NCBI GenBank assembly: GCA_965223325.1 | Contig: CBDCWI010000002.1 | Location: 2,592,001-2,656,000, forward strand | Direction of reading: 5' to 3' | DNA length: 64,000 nucleotides | From: Candidatus Multivoradales bacterium | GTDB lineage: Bacteria; Acidobacteriota; Thermoanaerobaculia; Multivoradales; Multivoraceae | Part shown: positions 1 to 9,965 of the stretch, in pieces | Layout of the letters: the number at the start of each line of letters is the position of its first letter | Position numbering within the stretch: position 1 is the stretch's first letter | Position numbers and translations under genes: made by a program | Notes under the pieces: generated by a model | What the model saw: only the letters and a program-made list of their open reading frames with translations | Told to the model about the DNA's origin: nothing | Database searches by the model: none

Positions 1-398
1 TCGGGGCCGGGGTCGGAGGCGTTCGTGCCATCACAAACCAACGCCAGACCGCGCCGCTTCGCGAGTTCGATCATCGTATCCATGCGCATGCCCTGACAAA
101 CGTAACAGCGCCACGACGGGTTGGCAGAGAACTCAGGGTTGTCGAGCTCGCTGTAGGTGACGACTTCGTGCGTGATGCCAATCTCACCAGCCACCCGCCG
201 CGCTTCGTCGAGCTCACGGCCGGCGAGAGTCTCAGCCGCGGCAGTCACCGCGAGCGCCCGCGCGCCGAGTGCACGATGGGCGAGGGCCGCCACCACGGCC
301 GAGTCGACGCCACCCGAATACGCGACCAGTACCGAATCTCGCCCGGCGAGGTCTGCCTGTAGCGTATCGAGCGTCTCGATCAACCGGGCAGCAGTCAA
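1..398 (-). CDS. larE: ATP-dependent sacrificial sulfur transferase LarE family (3' end runs off the window)
   Basis: Manual translation from TTG at 398 (AGGAG upstream): MTAARLIETL...VLVAYSGGVDS (PP-loop)...NPSWRCYVCQ...VCDGTNASD. Not in the ORF track because it is truncated by the window edge. Confidence 0.85.
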   Translation of the reverse strand, partial: MTAARLIETLDTLQADLAGRDSVLVAYSGGVDSAVVAALAHRALGARALAVTAAAETLAGRELDEARRVAGEIGITHEVVTYSELDNPEFSANPSWRCYVCQGMRMDTMIELAKRRGLALVCDGTNASDPGP

Positions 399-419
399 CT
401 GCAGGGCTCCTGACTCGCC

Positions 420-860
420 TCAGTCGCGCCGAGCGACTTCTTCCCGATCGTCGTGGTTGCTGCCAATGCGAATCTGTCGTACCGAAACTTCCTTGCGCCG
501 CAGCACGACCGGAACCAGAAAGAGCACGCCATAGACGAAGAAGGAGAGCATCGGGATGATTGCAGCACGATCCAGGTCGAGCGAAAAGGGTGGCGCGAGG
601 GCGCGCAGTAGGTAGAGAACACCGGGCGGTCCAAAGAAGTAGATGACAAAGAAACGACGGGCGAGGGTTCTAGAGAGTGGCCGCGTGCGATGCACCCATA
701 CGTTGCCGAAGACCCAGCCTGTCGCTGCGGAGATCGCGTAGAGCTGCCGCAGGCTCATGTTCAGTCGTCCCGAAACATCGACGATGCCTGCCGCCGCGAG
801 AAGCACCACCACCCAGCAGGCGAGGCAAAAGGCGATCAGCAGGTTCTCGATTCGTTTCAC
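420..860 (-). CDS. hypothetical membrane protein (about 4 TM helices)
   Basis: 146-aa ORF with four hydrophobic segments, tightly packed between gcvH and larE. Confidence 0.75.
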   Translation of the reverse strand: MKRIENLLIAFCLACWVVVLLAAAGIVDVSGRLNMSLRQLYAISAATGWVFGNVWVHRTRPLSRTLARRFFVIYFFGPPGVLYLLRALAPPFSLDLDRAAIIPMLSFFVYGVLFLVPVVLRRKEVSVRQIRIGSNHDDREEVARRD

Positions 861-877
861 GGGCTCACGGTCTTAGA

Positions 878-1258
878 TCATTCGGCGGAGATCTTCTCCT
901 GGTAGGCCGGTGCGTCGAGCAGGGCTTCGACCTCGCCTGCGTTTCTGATCTCGAGCTTGACCAGCCAACCGTCGCCCAGCGGCTCCTCGTTGACGAGTTC
1001 GGGTCGCTCCTCGAGATCCTGATTGACCTCGAGGATCGAGCCCGACACCGGCAGGTAGAGCGACGACACGGCTTTGACCGACTCGATGGTGCCCATCTCC
1101 TGGCCCTGCTCGAACTCGGTTCCTGGCTCGGGCAACTCGACGTAGACCACATCACCGAGCTCCTCTTGCGCGAAGTCGGTGATGCCGACGATGCCGGTGT
1201 CACCCTCTACCTGCAGCCACTCGTGATCGTCTGTGTAGTACCGATCGTCCGGGACCAT
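878..1258 (-). CDS. gcvH: glycine cleavage system H protein
   Basis: YTDDHEW, VGITDFAQEELGDVVYVELP and lipoyl-Lys motif IESVKAVS; GAGGAGG RBS. Confidence 0.97.
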   Translation of the reverse strand: MVPDDRYYTDDHEWLQVEGDTGIVGITDFAQEELGDVVYVELPEPGTEFEQGQEMGTIESVKAVSSLYLPVSGSILEVNQDLEERPELVNEEPLGDGWLVKLEIRNAGEVEALLDAPAYQEKISAE

Positions 1259-1352
1259 GGTCAGCCCCTCCTCGAAGTTGTTCTTGTGATCATTTCAGTT
1301 TTCGGGTCCAGTCGCATGCTGCGACCCAAACCCCCTGTTAGCCCATCGCGGC

Positions 1353-2501
1353 TCAACTTCGGTCCCGTTTGAAGAACGGCAGCGGCACCCGGGCGATCTC
1401 GACCTCACGACCACGCACCTCGAGCGCCAGGGGCTCGTCGCCGGCTGCTACCTCTGCCGAGACCATCGCCAGACCAATCGAGCGCTCGAGGGTCGGACTC
1501 CAGCCGCCCGAAGTCGTTTCACCCGCCGACTGGCCGTTCGCGAGCACCGGATACCCAGAACGCGCCACGCCACGGCCCTTGACTTCGAAACCAACAATGC
1601 GACGCCGAGGGCCGCTCTCTTTCTCGGCTTCGAGGGCCTGGCGACCGCGGAAGTCGCCCTCTTGACCGAGCTTGACGATCCAACCAAGGCCCGCCTCGTA
1701 CGGCGTAACAGTCGGGCCGATGTCGACGCCCGACAACATCATGCCGGCCTCGAGGCGCAGGGTGTCGCGCGCGCCGAGGCCGGCGGGAACGAGACCATGG
1801 GGTTCGCCGGCCGCAAGCAGCGTTCGCCACACCTCAGGCGATGCCTCGGCCGGCAGGTAGAGTTCAAACCCATCTTCCCCGGTGTACCCGGTTCGCGAAA
1901 CGAGGGTCGGCACCCCGGCCACCTCCCCGTTCTTGAAGCGGTAATAGCGGATCTTCGAGAGGTCAATCTCAGTGAGACCGGCCAGAATCTCACTCGCCAG
2001 CGGACCTTGCAGAGCGATCAGAGCAGTGGAATCGCTGTCGTCGCGGACTTCGACCGACGCTCCGGCTCGCTCGACCTCTTCATGGATGAGCGCCAGGTCG
2101 GCCGTGCGGCCTCCGGCGTTGACGACCAGGAGGTAGTCGCGTGCACCGCGGCAGTACACCAACAGGTCATCGACGAATGTGCCGCGATCGGTGAGGAAGG
2201 CGCTGTAGTGGGCTCGACCGGGCCGCAGGGCCGTCACGTCGTTGGGAGTGAGCCGCTGGATCAAGTCTGCGGCATCCTCGCCCAACACCGTGATCTCGCC
2301 CATGTGTGAGACGTCAAACAGCCCAGCCCGTGAGCGCACGGCCAAGTGCTCGTCCTTGACGCCGCTGTACTGCACCGGCATCGACCAGCCCGCAAACGGA
2401 ACCATTCGTCCCCCGGCTTCGAGATGGCACGCGTGAAGGGGAGTTTTCTTGAGGTCGTTCTGGGTCACGGCTTGGGGGAGTTCGGGTCTTCCGCGCGGCA
2501 A
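1353..2501 (-). CDS. gcvT: glycine cleavage system aminomethyltransferase T
   Basis: [49 protein letters not shown]. Start may be GTG at 2468. Confidence 0.96.
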   Translation of the reverse strand: MPRGRPELPQAVTQNDLKKTPLHACHLEAGGRMVPFAGWSMPVQYSGVKDEHLAVRSRAGLFDVSHMGEITVLGEDAADLIQRLTPNDVTALRPGRAHYSAFLTDRGTFVDDLLVYCRGARDYLLVVNAGGRTADLALIHEEVERAGASVEVRDDSDSTALIALQGPLASEILAGLTEIDLSKIRYYRFKNGEVAGVPTLVSRTGYTGEDGFELYLPAEASPEVWRTLLAAGEPHGLVPAGLGARDTLRLEAGMMLSGVDIGPTVTPYEAGLGWIVKLGQEGDFRGRQALEAEKESGPRRRIVGFEVKGRGVARSGYPVLANGQSAGETTSGGWSPTLERSIGLAMVSAEVAAGDEPLALEVRGREVEIARVPLPFFKRDRS

Positions 2502-2601
2502 GGTATCACGTGCTCGACGCGCTCTCGGCGCATAGCCCCCACGCGGACAAACCCATGCAGTTCAGGACTTTGCGCGGAGATGGGTCCCTCTGGGAACCAC
2601 C

Positions 2602-2800
2602 TGTGGAAACCCTTTGTGGAAAACGATGTGGAAAAGGCCATCCACCAACATCAGGGGCGGTGTCGGCAAGAATCGTTTTCTAGGAATCGGCGGACGAGCA
2701 CAGCGGTCCGCGTCCTCAATCCGGCGCCAGAATCACTCGATAGCTTGGAAAACGCCAAGAGGGAAAGGTCGCCTGGAGGGAAGCGCAACGGTTTTCCACA
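2602..2800. promoter_or_regulatory. cluster of DnaA-box-like 9-mers
   Basis: TGTGGAAAC 2602-2610, TGTGGAAAA 2615-2623, TGTGGAAAA 2627-2635, TTTTCCACA 2792-2800; three match TTWTNCACA exactly. Confidence 0.55.
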
Positions 2801-2859
2801 TCGCGGACTGCTCTATCTACCGCCCCCGGAACCACGTAAGTGCTTGCAGGCACTCGACC

Positions 2860-4133
2860 TCAGGCTCGTGGTCGACCGCGCACGACGGTCAGCCGCGCGG
2901 GATCGAGATGACGGCGAACCGCTGCATGGACGTCCGGGCGATCGAGATGACGGAGCCGCTCGAGGCGCCAGGAAGCATCCCACAGAGGCAGCCGGTAGTA
3001 GAGCGACTCGGCCAGGGTGTTCGCCCACTGGCGAGCGGTCTCGCGGAGAAACGGATCGCGACCGAGCAGGTAGCTCCGCGCTTCGCGCACCTCTTCCTCG
3101 TTCGGCCCGTCTTCGACAAACCGTCTGAGTTCTTCGATCGCCGCGCGTTCAGCAGCCCGCGCGGTTGCGGGTGAGGTCCCAAGATGAATCACCAGACGCC
3201 CCGGATCGAGACCTGCACCCGCGAGGGTGGTGGCGCTCGCAAGGTAGGCCAGCCCCTCCTCCTCACGGATTCTCTGCGGAATCCTGCCCGTTAGACCACT
3301 CCCAGCTCCCAGAACGACACCAGCCAGCAGAAGCGCCGGAACGTCCGGGTCATCGATTGCCAACGTGAGCTGCCCGAGAAAGAGATGCTCCTGGCCGGGA
3401 GCGTTGGTGATGACACCGCGTTCGCGCGACTCGACTGGCGGAGGATCTGGCGGTCGATTGTGCGGAGTCGGTGCTGGAGTGGCTGGGGGGTTGAAGCGAA
3501 CAGTTCTTCGACCGCCCGAGCGACCTCTGCAACCTCGATGGCACCGCTGATCGCCACGACAACGCCGGCGGCACGCGCCCGTTGGTGAAAGGTCAAGCAA
3601 TCGCTCGGTGCAACCGACGCCAGGTCCTCAGCTGTTCCGAGGACCTCACGCCCCGCCGGATGGGCGCCGTACAACAACTCCAGGAAGCGGCGGCCGGTGA
3701 AGCGATCCGGATGGTCGTTGATGCTCTCGAGCTCTGCCAGGGTCTGTTGGCGAATCAGGTCCAGGCGATCGGCCGGGAAGATGCTCTCGGCAACCAGCTC
3801 CGCCGCCAACACCAGCGCCTCGCGCCAGTCGCATGCCAGGGCATTGATCGCCAGGCCATGCGCGGCGAGAGCGCCGAAGGTCGACAGTGACATGCCGCGG
3901 CGCTCGCAACGCTCGGCCACCTGCTGCCAGTCGGCCCGCGGTGTGCCCTCGGAGAGGAGCTCACCCGTCAACGAAGCGAGACCGGCCAGCGGCTCGACCC
4001 GCGAGCCGCCGCGCAGATAGACCCGAATCGCGACGGTAGGAACAGGATCGAAGCGATGGACCGCCCAATGCACCGACCGTTCGGGTGACTGTTGCATGAG
4101 CGGCGCGCCCCCGGTTCTGGCAGGAGCGCTCAC
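2860..4133 (-). CDS. M16 (pitrilysin-like) peptidase, non-catalytic subunit, split by a 1-nt frameshift
   Basis: N-half in ORF 3291..4133 (GLASLTGELLSEGT, no HxxEH), C-half in ORF 2860..3600 (IREEEGLAY). One extra base in the G6 run at 3485-3490 joins them. GTGA overlap with the upstream M16 gene. Confidence 0.8.
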
Positions 4134-5419
4134 TGGTCGCCCTCGGCGGCGTGTGCCCAGGCGACGATGGGACCGTTCTCGGATTGGAACACCCCGGTTA
4201 GCGCGGCGCTGACCTCTTCGGCTTTGGCTTCGAGGGTGGTCCGGTGAAGGCGCTCGAGCCAGCCGAGGTCAAAGGACAAAGCCGCGGTCCCGAGGGCAAC
4301 GGCGCGCTGATAGGCCCTCTCGAGACCATAGGCACGGTCGACGATCGCCTGTCGGCGAGCGCGCTCGAGCTCAGCGGCTACGAGCGGGCGTTGTTCCAGT
4401 GACGACAGTGCATCGAACAGTCGCTTCTCGACCTCCTCCGGTTCGACGCCTGGAACCAGCTCGAGCGCCACCACGACGGCACCATCGCCTTCTTGAATAC
4501 GCGTCTCGCCCGACAGCCACGTCGCCAGCGGTGCATCCTCGACGAACAGCCGTTGCAGGCGCGACAGGCGGCCCTCGGCGATCGCGCCCACCCCGAGCTG
4601 GACCAGGAACTTCTGGCGCTCTGGTAGCGCCGCCGGCAACCGCCACGACACTTGCAAGCGGGCGACGTGACCACGACGCAATTCGATTCGCGACGCTTGG
4701 ACCGGTCCGACTCCGGCGGGACGGGGGCGTGGGGGGACCCTCCCCTCGACCTGGGCGAAGCGCGCTCGAACCCTATCGACGACATCGTCCGGCACGTCAC
4801 CGGCGATCACCAGAATGCTGCCTGCCGGCTGATACCACGCACGATACAGGTCAGAAAGGACAGAGCCATCGATAGCAGCCAACGATTCGCGCGTCCCCAG
4901 GATCGGTCTGCCGTAGGCGCTTCCCGAGAACAGGCGCGCTGCTGACCCTGCGTCGAGGGCGTCCCAGGGATCGTCCTCATACATGCCGATCTCCTCGACG
5001 ATCACCCGACGCTCGCGCTCGACCTCGCCGGGGTCGAGTGTCAGAGCCCGCATGCGATCGGCCTCGATGGCCAGCGCGGTTTCCCACTGTTCACTTCCGA
5101 ACTGGAACCAGTAGACCGTGCCATCGTGAGTGGTATAGGCGTTGTTGTCGCCACCTCGCGCCTCTGTTTGACGGTCGATTTCACCTGGCGGCCACCTCGT
5201 CGAGCCCTTGAACATCATGTGTTCGAGGAAGTGGGCGCCTCCATGCGCGTGGTCGGGCTCGTGTCGCGTACCGAACGGATAGAACAGGGCGGTGGCGACG
5301 ACGGGAGCGTGATGGTCCGGTGCCACGATCACCTCGAGACCGTTGTCGAGTGTGGTGACTCGGTGTTCGATCTCGAAAGACAAACCTCCGAGGCGACGAT
5401 CGGACGTTGGCGCGCTCAC
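4130..5419 (-). CDS. M16 family zinc peptidase (catalytic subunit)
   Basis: TLDNGLEV, inverted zinc motif HFLEHMMFKGS, NAYTTHD, ERERRVIVEE, YGRPILGT. Confidence 0.93.
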   Translation of the reverse strand: MSAPTSDRRLGGLSFEIEHRVTTLDNGLEVIVAPDHHAPVVATALFYPFGTRHEPDHAHGGAHFLEHMMFKGSTRWPPGEIDRQTEARGGDNNAYTTHDGTVYWFQFGSEQWETALAIEADRMRALTLDPGEVERERRVIVEEIGMYEDDPWDALDAGSAARLFSGSAYGRPILGTRESLAAIDGSVLSDLYRAWYQPAGSILVIAGDVPDDVVDRVRARFAQVEGRVPPRPRPAGVGPVQASRIELRRGHVARLQVSWRLPAALPERQKFLVQLGVGAIAEGRLSRLQRLFVEDAPLATWLSGETRIQEGDGAVVVALELVPGVEPEEVEKRLFDALSSLEQRPLVAAELERARRQAIVDRAYGLERAYQRAVALGTAALSFDLGWLERLHRTTLEAKAEEVSAALTGVFQSENGPIVAWAHAAEGDQ

Positions 5420-5435
5420 TCCCTGTCCGCGCGAT

Positions 5436-7838
5436 CTACCTGAGCACGACGACGATCGTGCGTCGCTCGACCTGCGCTTCGGGGCTCACCACGACTGTGA
5501 AGGCGCTCTTGCGCCCCGCGTTGTCGACCAGCTCGAAGCTGTACGTGCCTGGCGAGAGTTCGAGCCACTTGTCTCGCCCCGAGAACTGCCCGGCCTTGCC
5601 GCGCTCCTGGCCGTCGACGAGCACCCGCGCACGGCGCGGCGCGTGCGCGAACGAGACCGCCTTCTGCACCTTGTAGACCTTGCGGCCTGTTGCATCGGTA
5701 GAGACCCCGGTCGGGACCTCGTTGGTACTCGAAGGCACGGCCTCTGGCAGTTGGTGACGAACGACCCGGACGCTACGCCCCTCCTGGGCGTTGATCAGAG
5801 CGACCTGACTGCGCCGACCTGGCGCCTCGAACCGCACCCAGTACTCGCCGGCCTCCTGCAGGCGATGTGAGGCGCCCCCGAAGGCAAAGGTGTCGGCACG
5901 GCCAACGTCCTGCCACCCGGTGGTCCTGGAGCGGATCGAGACCCGGGCGTCCCGCGGCTCCACGTCGAAATGGAGCGCCAGTCCCGAGTCGAGACTGAGG
6001 TGAACCGGACCGGCGTAGGGACCTGTCGCGGCGGGGACTGTCGTCGTCCTCGGAATCGTCGTCGTGGAAACGACCGGCGGCTTCGCTCGTTCGCGCTCGC
6101 TCGGGAGAGCTGAGCCGTCGGTAGACCCACCTCCATTGCTCGACGACCCGGGGTCTACCTGAGCGACATCGTTCTCGTTTCGGCGACCCTTTTCGCCGGA
6201 GGTGCGCGAGCTGTCGTCAGAGTCCGGCGGCGGATCGAGCTGTGCGGTCACCGGTGGCAGGTCGCGCACCGCGTCTCCTGAGCCTTCGGAGGATCCGCCT
6301 TCTACTCCACCGTCGGGAAGGGCGGCTGATCCGGCACCTGGAACAGCATCGGCCACGTCCTCGTTTGGCGGACGATCGCCAGCATCCTGCACCGGCGGCC
6401 CGGGAACCTCCACCTCAGGACGCGACGCACGGTAGATCCCGAAGGCCATCAAGGCGAGAAGGGCAGCGCCCACCGCGGCAAACAAGAGACCGCGCCCCCT
6501 CCCATCAGGCGCTCTCGCCGCTCCGCGCAGGCCCTGGGCAACGACGGGTTGCGGTGCAGGCTTCTGGTTGAGCTTCTGGGCGCGGCCAGCGGGCGCCGTC
6601 GTGGCCACCGGATCACGGGTTTTCATGTCCCTTGCGGCGCCACCCCTCGTCACCCGTGGGCGAGACGCCGGCTTGCCCGGAGGCGGCATCGGGGCGGTGC
6701 GTGGCTGCTCGGCGAAGTCCGACGCCGACGAAGAACCCGCCGGTCCCGCCGCGCTTGGCCTCTCGGTCACATCGGGCTTCTCGCGAGCAGCCGGCGGCCG
6801 CGGCGTCGGCAGCGGCGCGGTCGGTGGGATCGGCGAGCCATCTGACGCTGGTGGAGGCGCCGCCGGCGGTGAGTTCCCGGCAGCGGCCTCCGGAGATGAT
6901 GACGACGACGATTGCGAGTCTGCTCCGACGTCCGCCTGAATCGTCGGCATGAAGAGGCTGCCGGTGGCCTCGGCGTTGAGCAGCTTGCGCGGGAGCCGGG
7001 CTTCGAGCTCCCGCACCGCCTGGACCAGTTCGTCGCAGGTCTCGTAGCGGTCGGTGCGCTTCTTGGCCATCATCTTCGACACCAGGGTGACGACGTTGGC
7101 CGGCAGGTCAGGGCGTCGTTCCGTTACCGGGCGCGGGTCGACGTTGAGGATCTGGTAGACCAGCGTGGTAATCGTGTCGGCCTCGAAGGCGCGCTCACCC
7201 GTCAGGATCTCGTACAGCACCGCTCCGAGCGAGAACTGGTCGGTGCGACCGTCCAGAGCATCACCCCTCACCTGCTCCGGTGACATGTACTGCGGCGAGC
7301 CAATGACCGCACCGGTCGTCGTCAAGTCGGTTCGCTGCCCCGAGATCTTGGCAACGCCGAAGTCACCCACCTTGGCATCCCCATCGCTGGTCAGGAGAAT
7401 GTTGCCGGGCTTGATGTCACGATGGACAATCTGGTGGCGATGCGCAGCCGCCAGCGCCGATGCCGTCTGGCGAACGATACGTAGCGCCTCAGCCAGCGAA
7501 AGTGGCGGCAGCCGGCGCAACCGTGAACGAAGATCACGCCCCTCGACATACTCGAACGCCAGATACACGAGATCGTCTTCTTCACCAGCGTCGAACAGGG
7601 TGACGACGTGCGGGTGCATGAGACGCCCGGCCGCGCGCGCCTCGCGCAGCATGCGGTGCTTGCGCTCGAGCGCCTTCTCATCGTCATCGTCGAGCACCAC
7701 GGTCTTGATGGCGACCCGCCGCTCGATCTGGGGGTCCTCGGCGAGATACACCTCTCCCATCGCACCACGACCCAGGCGAGCCAGCACCCGGTAGCGGCCG
7801 AGAATGGTCCCTGGTTTGAGGCGTTCTGTAGAGCTCAA
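5436..7838 (-). CDS. membrane Ser/Thr protein kinase with Pro-rich linkers and C-terminal PEGA-like domains
   Basis: LGRGAMGEV, VAIK, HRDIKPGN, DFG, YMSPEQ; TM LLFAAVGAALLALMAFGIY; ARVLVDG...LELSPGTY PEGA-like. Confidence 0.92.
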   Translation of the reverse strand: MSSTERLKPGTILGRYRVLARLGRGAMGEVYLAEDPQIERRVAIKTVVLDDDDEKALERKHRMLREARAAGRLMHPHVVTLFDAGEEDDLVYLAFEYVEGRDLRSRLRRLPPLSLAEALRIVRQTASALAAAHRHQIVHRDIKPGNILLTSDGDAKVGDFGVAKISGQRTDLTTTGAVIGSPQYMSPEQVRGDALDGRTDQFSLGAVLYEILTGERAFEADTITTLVYQILNVDPRPVTERRPDLPANVVTLVSKMMAKKRTDRYETCDELVQAVRELEARLPRKLLNAEATGSLFMPTIQADVGADSQSSSSSSPEAAAGNSPPAAPPPASDGSPIPPTAPLPTPRPPAAREKPDVTERPSAAGPAGSSSASDFAEQPRTAPMPPPGKPASRPRVTRGGAARDMKTRDPVATTAPAGRAQKLNQKPAPQPVVAQGLRGAARAPDGRGRGLLFAAVGAALLALMAFGIYRASRPEVEVPGPPVQDAGDRPPNEDVADAVPGAGSAALPDGGVEGGSSEGSGDAVRDLPPVTAQLDPPPDSDDSSRTSGEKGRRNENDVAQVDPGSSSNGGGSTDGSALPSERERAKPPVVSTTTIPRTTTVPAATGPYAGPVHLSLDSGLALHFDVEPRDARVSIRSRTTGWQDVGRADTFAFGGASHRLQEAGEYWVRFEAPGRRSQVALINAQEGRSVRVVRHQLPEAVPSSTNEVPTGVSTDATGRKVYKVQKAVSFAHAPRRARVLVDGQERGKAGQFSGRDKWLELSPGTYSFELVDNAGRKSAFTVVVSPEAQVERRTIVVVLR

Positions 7839-7909
7839 AGCTTCTGTTCTCGGATCAGGGGGTCAACACTGTGCGATGGGCCGGTCCCAACTCGGCCCCA
7901 CCGCTCGCA

Positions 7910-8170
7910 TCACGCGGTTTCGGAATCGTCCTTGCGAGCGGGCGCTTCATCGGCGGCTTCGGCCGCCAGCTCTTCCAGCAGTTTTTGTGCCTCTTCGATC
8001 TGATGGCTCTGAACGCGGATGAGAATCTGCGCCATGTTGCCGACGTTGACTGGTTCTGCGGAGAAGGCGCGCGACTCGATCTCCACCTCTATCCCAGAAC
8101 TCTCGAGCGACCCCTCAATGAGAGCAGCCTCGGCCATGTTCGTAACGACCCTGAGTGTCTCCCAGCTCAT
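7910..8170 (-). CDS. DUF2007-like small putative signal-transducing protein
   Basis: AEAALIEGSLESSGI...IRV...IEEAQKLL pattern; AGGAAG upstream. Confidence 0.75.
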   Translation of the reverse strand: MSWETLRVVTNMAEAALIEGSLESSGIEVEIESRAFSAEPVNVGNMAQILIRVQSHQIEEAQKLLEELAAEAADEAPARKDDSETA

Positions 8171-8256
8171 ATGGAGCTTCCTTTCTGATTGTCGCCAGGC
8201 AGCGTGACGGCCCGGCCTCTGAATCCTATGCGAGCTGCAGCCGCCCGGCCCGGCGC

Positions 8257-9063
8257 TCAGTGGGTCGAGCGCCCATGCACGAACCGTTCTGCGGTGAGGA
8301 ACTCGCCTTCGTCGTCACTCCACATCAAGGACTCGAGCGCGAAAGCCGTCTCCTCGACCTCGATCCACCAGCCTGAACAGCGGCCCTCTTCGTGATTGCG
8401 ACCGCGGCTCGAGGTGGTCGTACCGGACTGCAACAGCAGAATCGGCGGGTCGACCTGCGGCCACTGCTCCTCAGTCGTCGTCCTGTGGAGCTGATGGAGA
8501 TGACCGCTGAGAATGAGCTCGACGCCAGCCGCGGCGAGGCGCTCGAGGGCATAAGACGAGCCACGAGTCGCGGGATCGCGGTCGTAGCCCGGAACCCTCA
8601 CCACCGGATGGTGCGTGACGACGATGCGCGTCGCGCCGGCAGAGAGAGCGGCGAGGCGCTCGCAGGCACGGTCGACTTGAGCACGGCGCAGGCGGCCGTG
8701 CTTGATGGTCAGGTTGTGGGCACTGTTCAACCCGACGATCGCGAGATCGCCGACGAGCAACTCCGGCTCGATGATCTCACCGAAGCTCTTTCGCCAAATC
8801 CAGAACGGGGCGAAGGCGCGCTCCCAGACGCGGTACATGGGCACATCGTGGTTGCCGGGAACAGCGATCCAGGGCACTGGCATCGCATCGAGGTACTCGC
8901 GAGCCTGTCTGAACTGGTAGGCCTTGGCTCGCTGCGTCAGGTCACCAGAGACCACCAGTACGTCGGGACGCCGAGCCTCTACCAGGCGCATGAGCCCCGC
9001 CCCGACAACCGGGCGGTGCGGCGGGCCGAAGTGGATGTCTGAGACGTGGAGAATGGTCGACAC
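8257..9063 (-). CDS. metallophosphoesterase (CpdA/Icc-like)
   Basis: HVSDIHFG, SGDLTQ, PGNHD, THHP, SGHLH motifs; start set at GTG 9063. Confidence 0.9.
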   Translation of the reverse strand: MSTILHVSDIHFGPPHRPVVGAGLMRLVEARRPDVLVVSGDLTQRAKAYQFRQAREYLDAMPVPWIAVPGNHDVPMYRVWERAFAPFWIWRKSFGEIIEPELLVGDLAIVGLNSAHNLTIKHGRLRRAQVDRACERLAALSAGATRIVVTHHPVVRVPGYDRDPATRGSSYALERLAAAGVELILSGHLHQLHRTTTEEQWPQVDPPILLLQSGTTTSSRGRNHEEGRCSGWWIEVEETAFALESLMWSDDEGEFLTAERFVHGRSTH

Positions 9064-9147
9064 ACAGAATTCCCTACGGCTCGTGCACACTGTGGCGTCG
9101 CTTCGGCACCTCAACGAGCAAGAAGCAGCCTCGTTCTCGAGGTGGCG

Positions 9148-9417
9148 TCAGCGCGACCCTCGATCGAAGCCAGTGACGGCTTCGCCGACGCGCTCGGCCA
9201 GCGAGTCGGTCGCCAGTGAAAGCAACGACGTGCCGTGGTTGCGACCGACGACGAAACCGAAGGTCGCCGATGCGATCAGTGCCGGAACGGGATAGCGCCG
9301 CACCAGGGAGACCCAATCGAAACGGTCGTCGACGAGTTGGCTCACGAGGCGTTCCTCGATTGCCTCCTCTTCGTCGTGACTGAAGCGGTTGGCGCGCTCT
9401 CTCCAACTCTCGGCCAT
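9148..9417 (-). CDS. small hypothetical membrane-anchored protein
   Basis: 89 aa with VRRYPVPALIASATFGFVVG, resembling the DUF883 C-terminal anchor; operonic position. Confidence 0.7.
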   Translation of the reverse strand: MAESWRERANRFSHDEEEAIEERLVSQLVDDRFDWVSLVRRYPVPALIASATFGFVVGRNHGTSLLSLATDSLAERVGEAVTGFDRGSR

Positions 9418-9430
9418 CGCCTGGGCCTTC

Positions 9431-9784
9431 CTACCGTCGGCCGGCGGAACGGATCAGGAGACCGAGCGCAAAACCGACACCAGCAGCAACCAGGACCGAT
9501 CGCCCGGGATTGTCGCGAACATAGGTGTTGACGTCGCCACTCAACTGGTCGAGGTCCTTCTTGGCCTTGTCGTAACCACTGCGCAGCCCTTCGCGCGCGT
9601 CACCGTACTTGTCGCGCGCAAAGGTGCTTGCCTTCTCGGCCCGGGCTTTGGTTTCTTCGCGCACCGTCGATACCTTCTGGCCTACGCGGCCTTTGACCTC
9701 GCCGGCCAGGTTGGAAACGGACTTCTTGACTTCGTCGACTGTCGCTGTGAGATCGGCCTTCGCCGCTTCGACGTTCTCGGACAT
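9431..9784 (-). CDS. DUF883/ElaB/YqjD family tail-anchored protein
   Basis: Amphipathic helical N-terminus plus YVRDNPGRSVLVAAGVGFALGLL; GGAG RBS. Confidence 0.88.
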   Translation of the reverse strand: MSENVEAAKADLTATVDEVKKSVSNLAGEVKGRVGQKVSTVREETKARAEKASTFARDKYGDAREGLRSGYDKAKKDLDQLSGDVNTYVRDNPGRSVLVAAGVGFALGLLIRSAGRR

Positions 9785-9965
9785 GCTTTGACTCCGATTT
9801 CTTGGTTGAACTGCGGACAGAGGTGAGACCGCTTCGCCGTCGTGCCTCGTGTCCAGTGACCCTTGATGATATCCGGAAGCCGGGGTGTCGTGATGACCAT
9901 GCTGCGGGGACCGGCGCCGTCTCCCGAAGCTGCCAGATCGTGACGCGCGCTGCGGTATCAGGCCT

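Noticed and set aside
2502-2859. Glycine riboswitch upstream of gcvT
   Set aside because: No GGAGA...CCGAAG...CTyTCAGG aptamer core on the minus strand.
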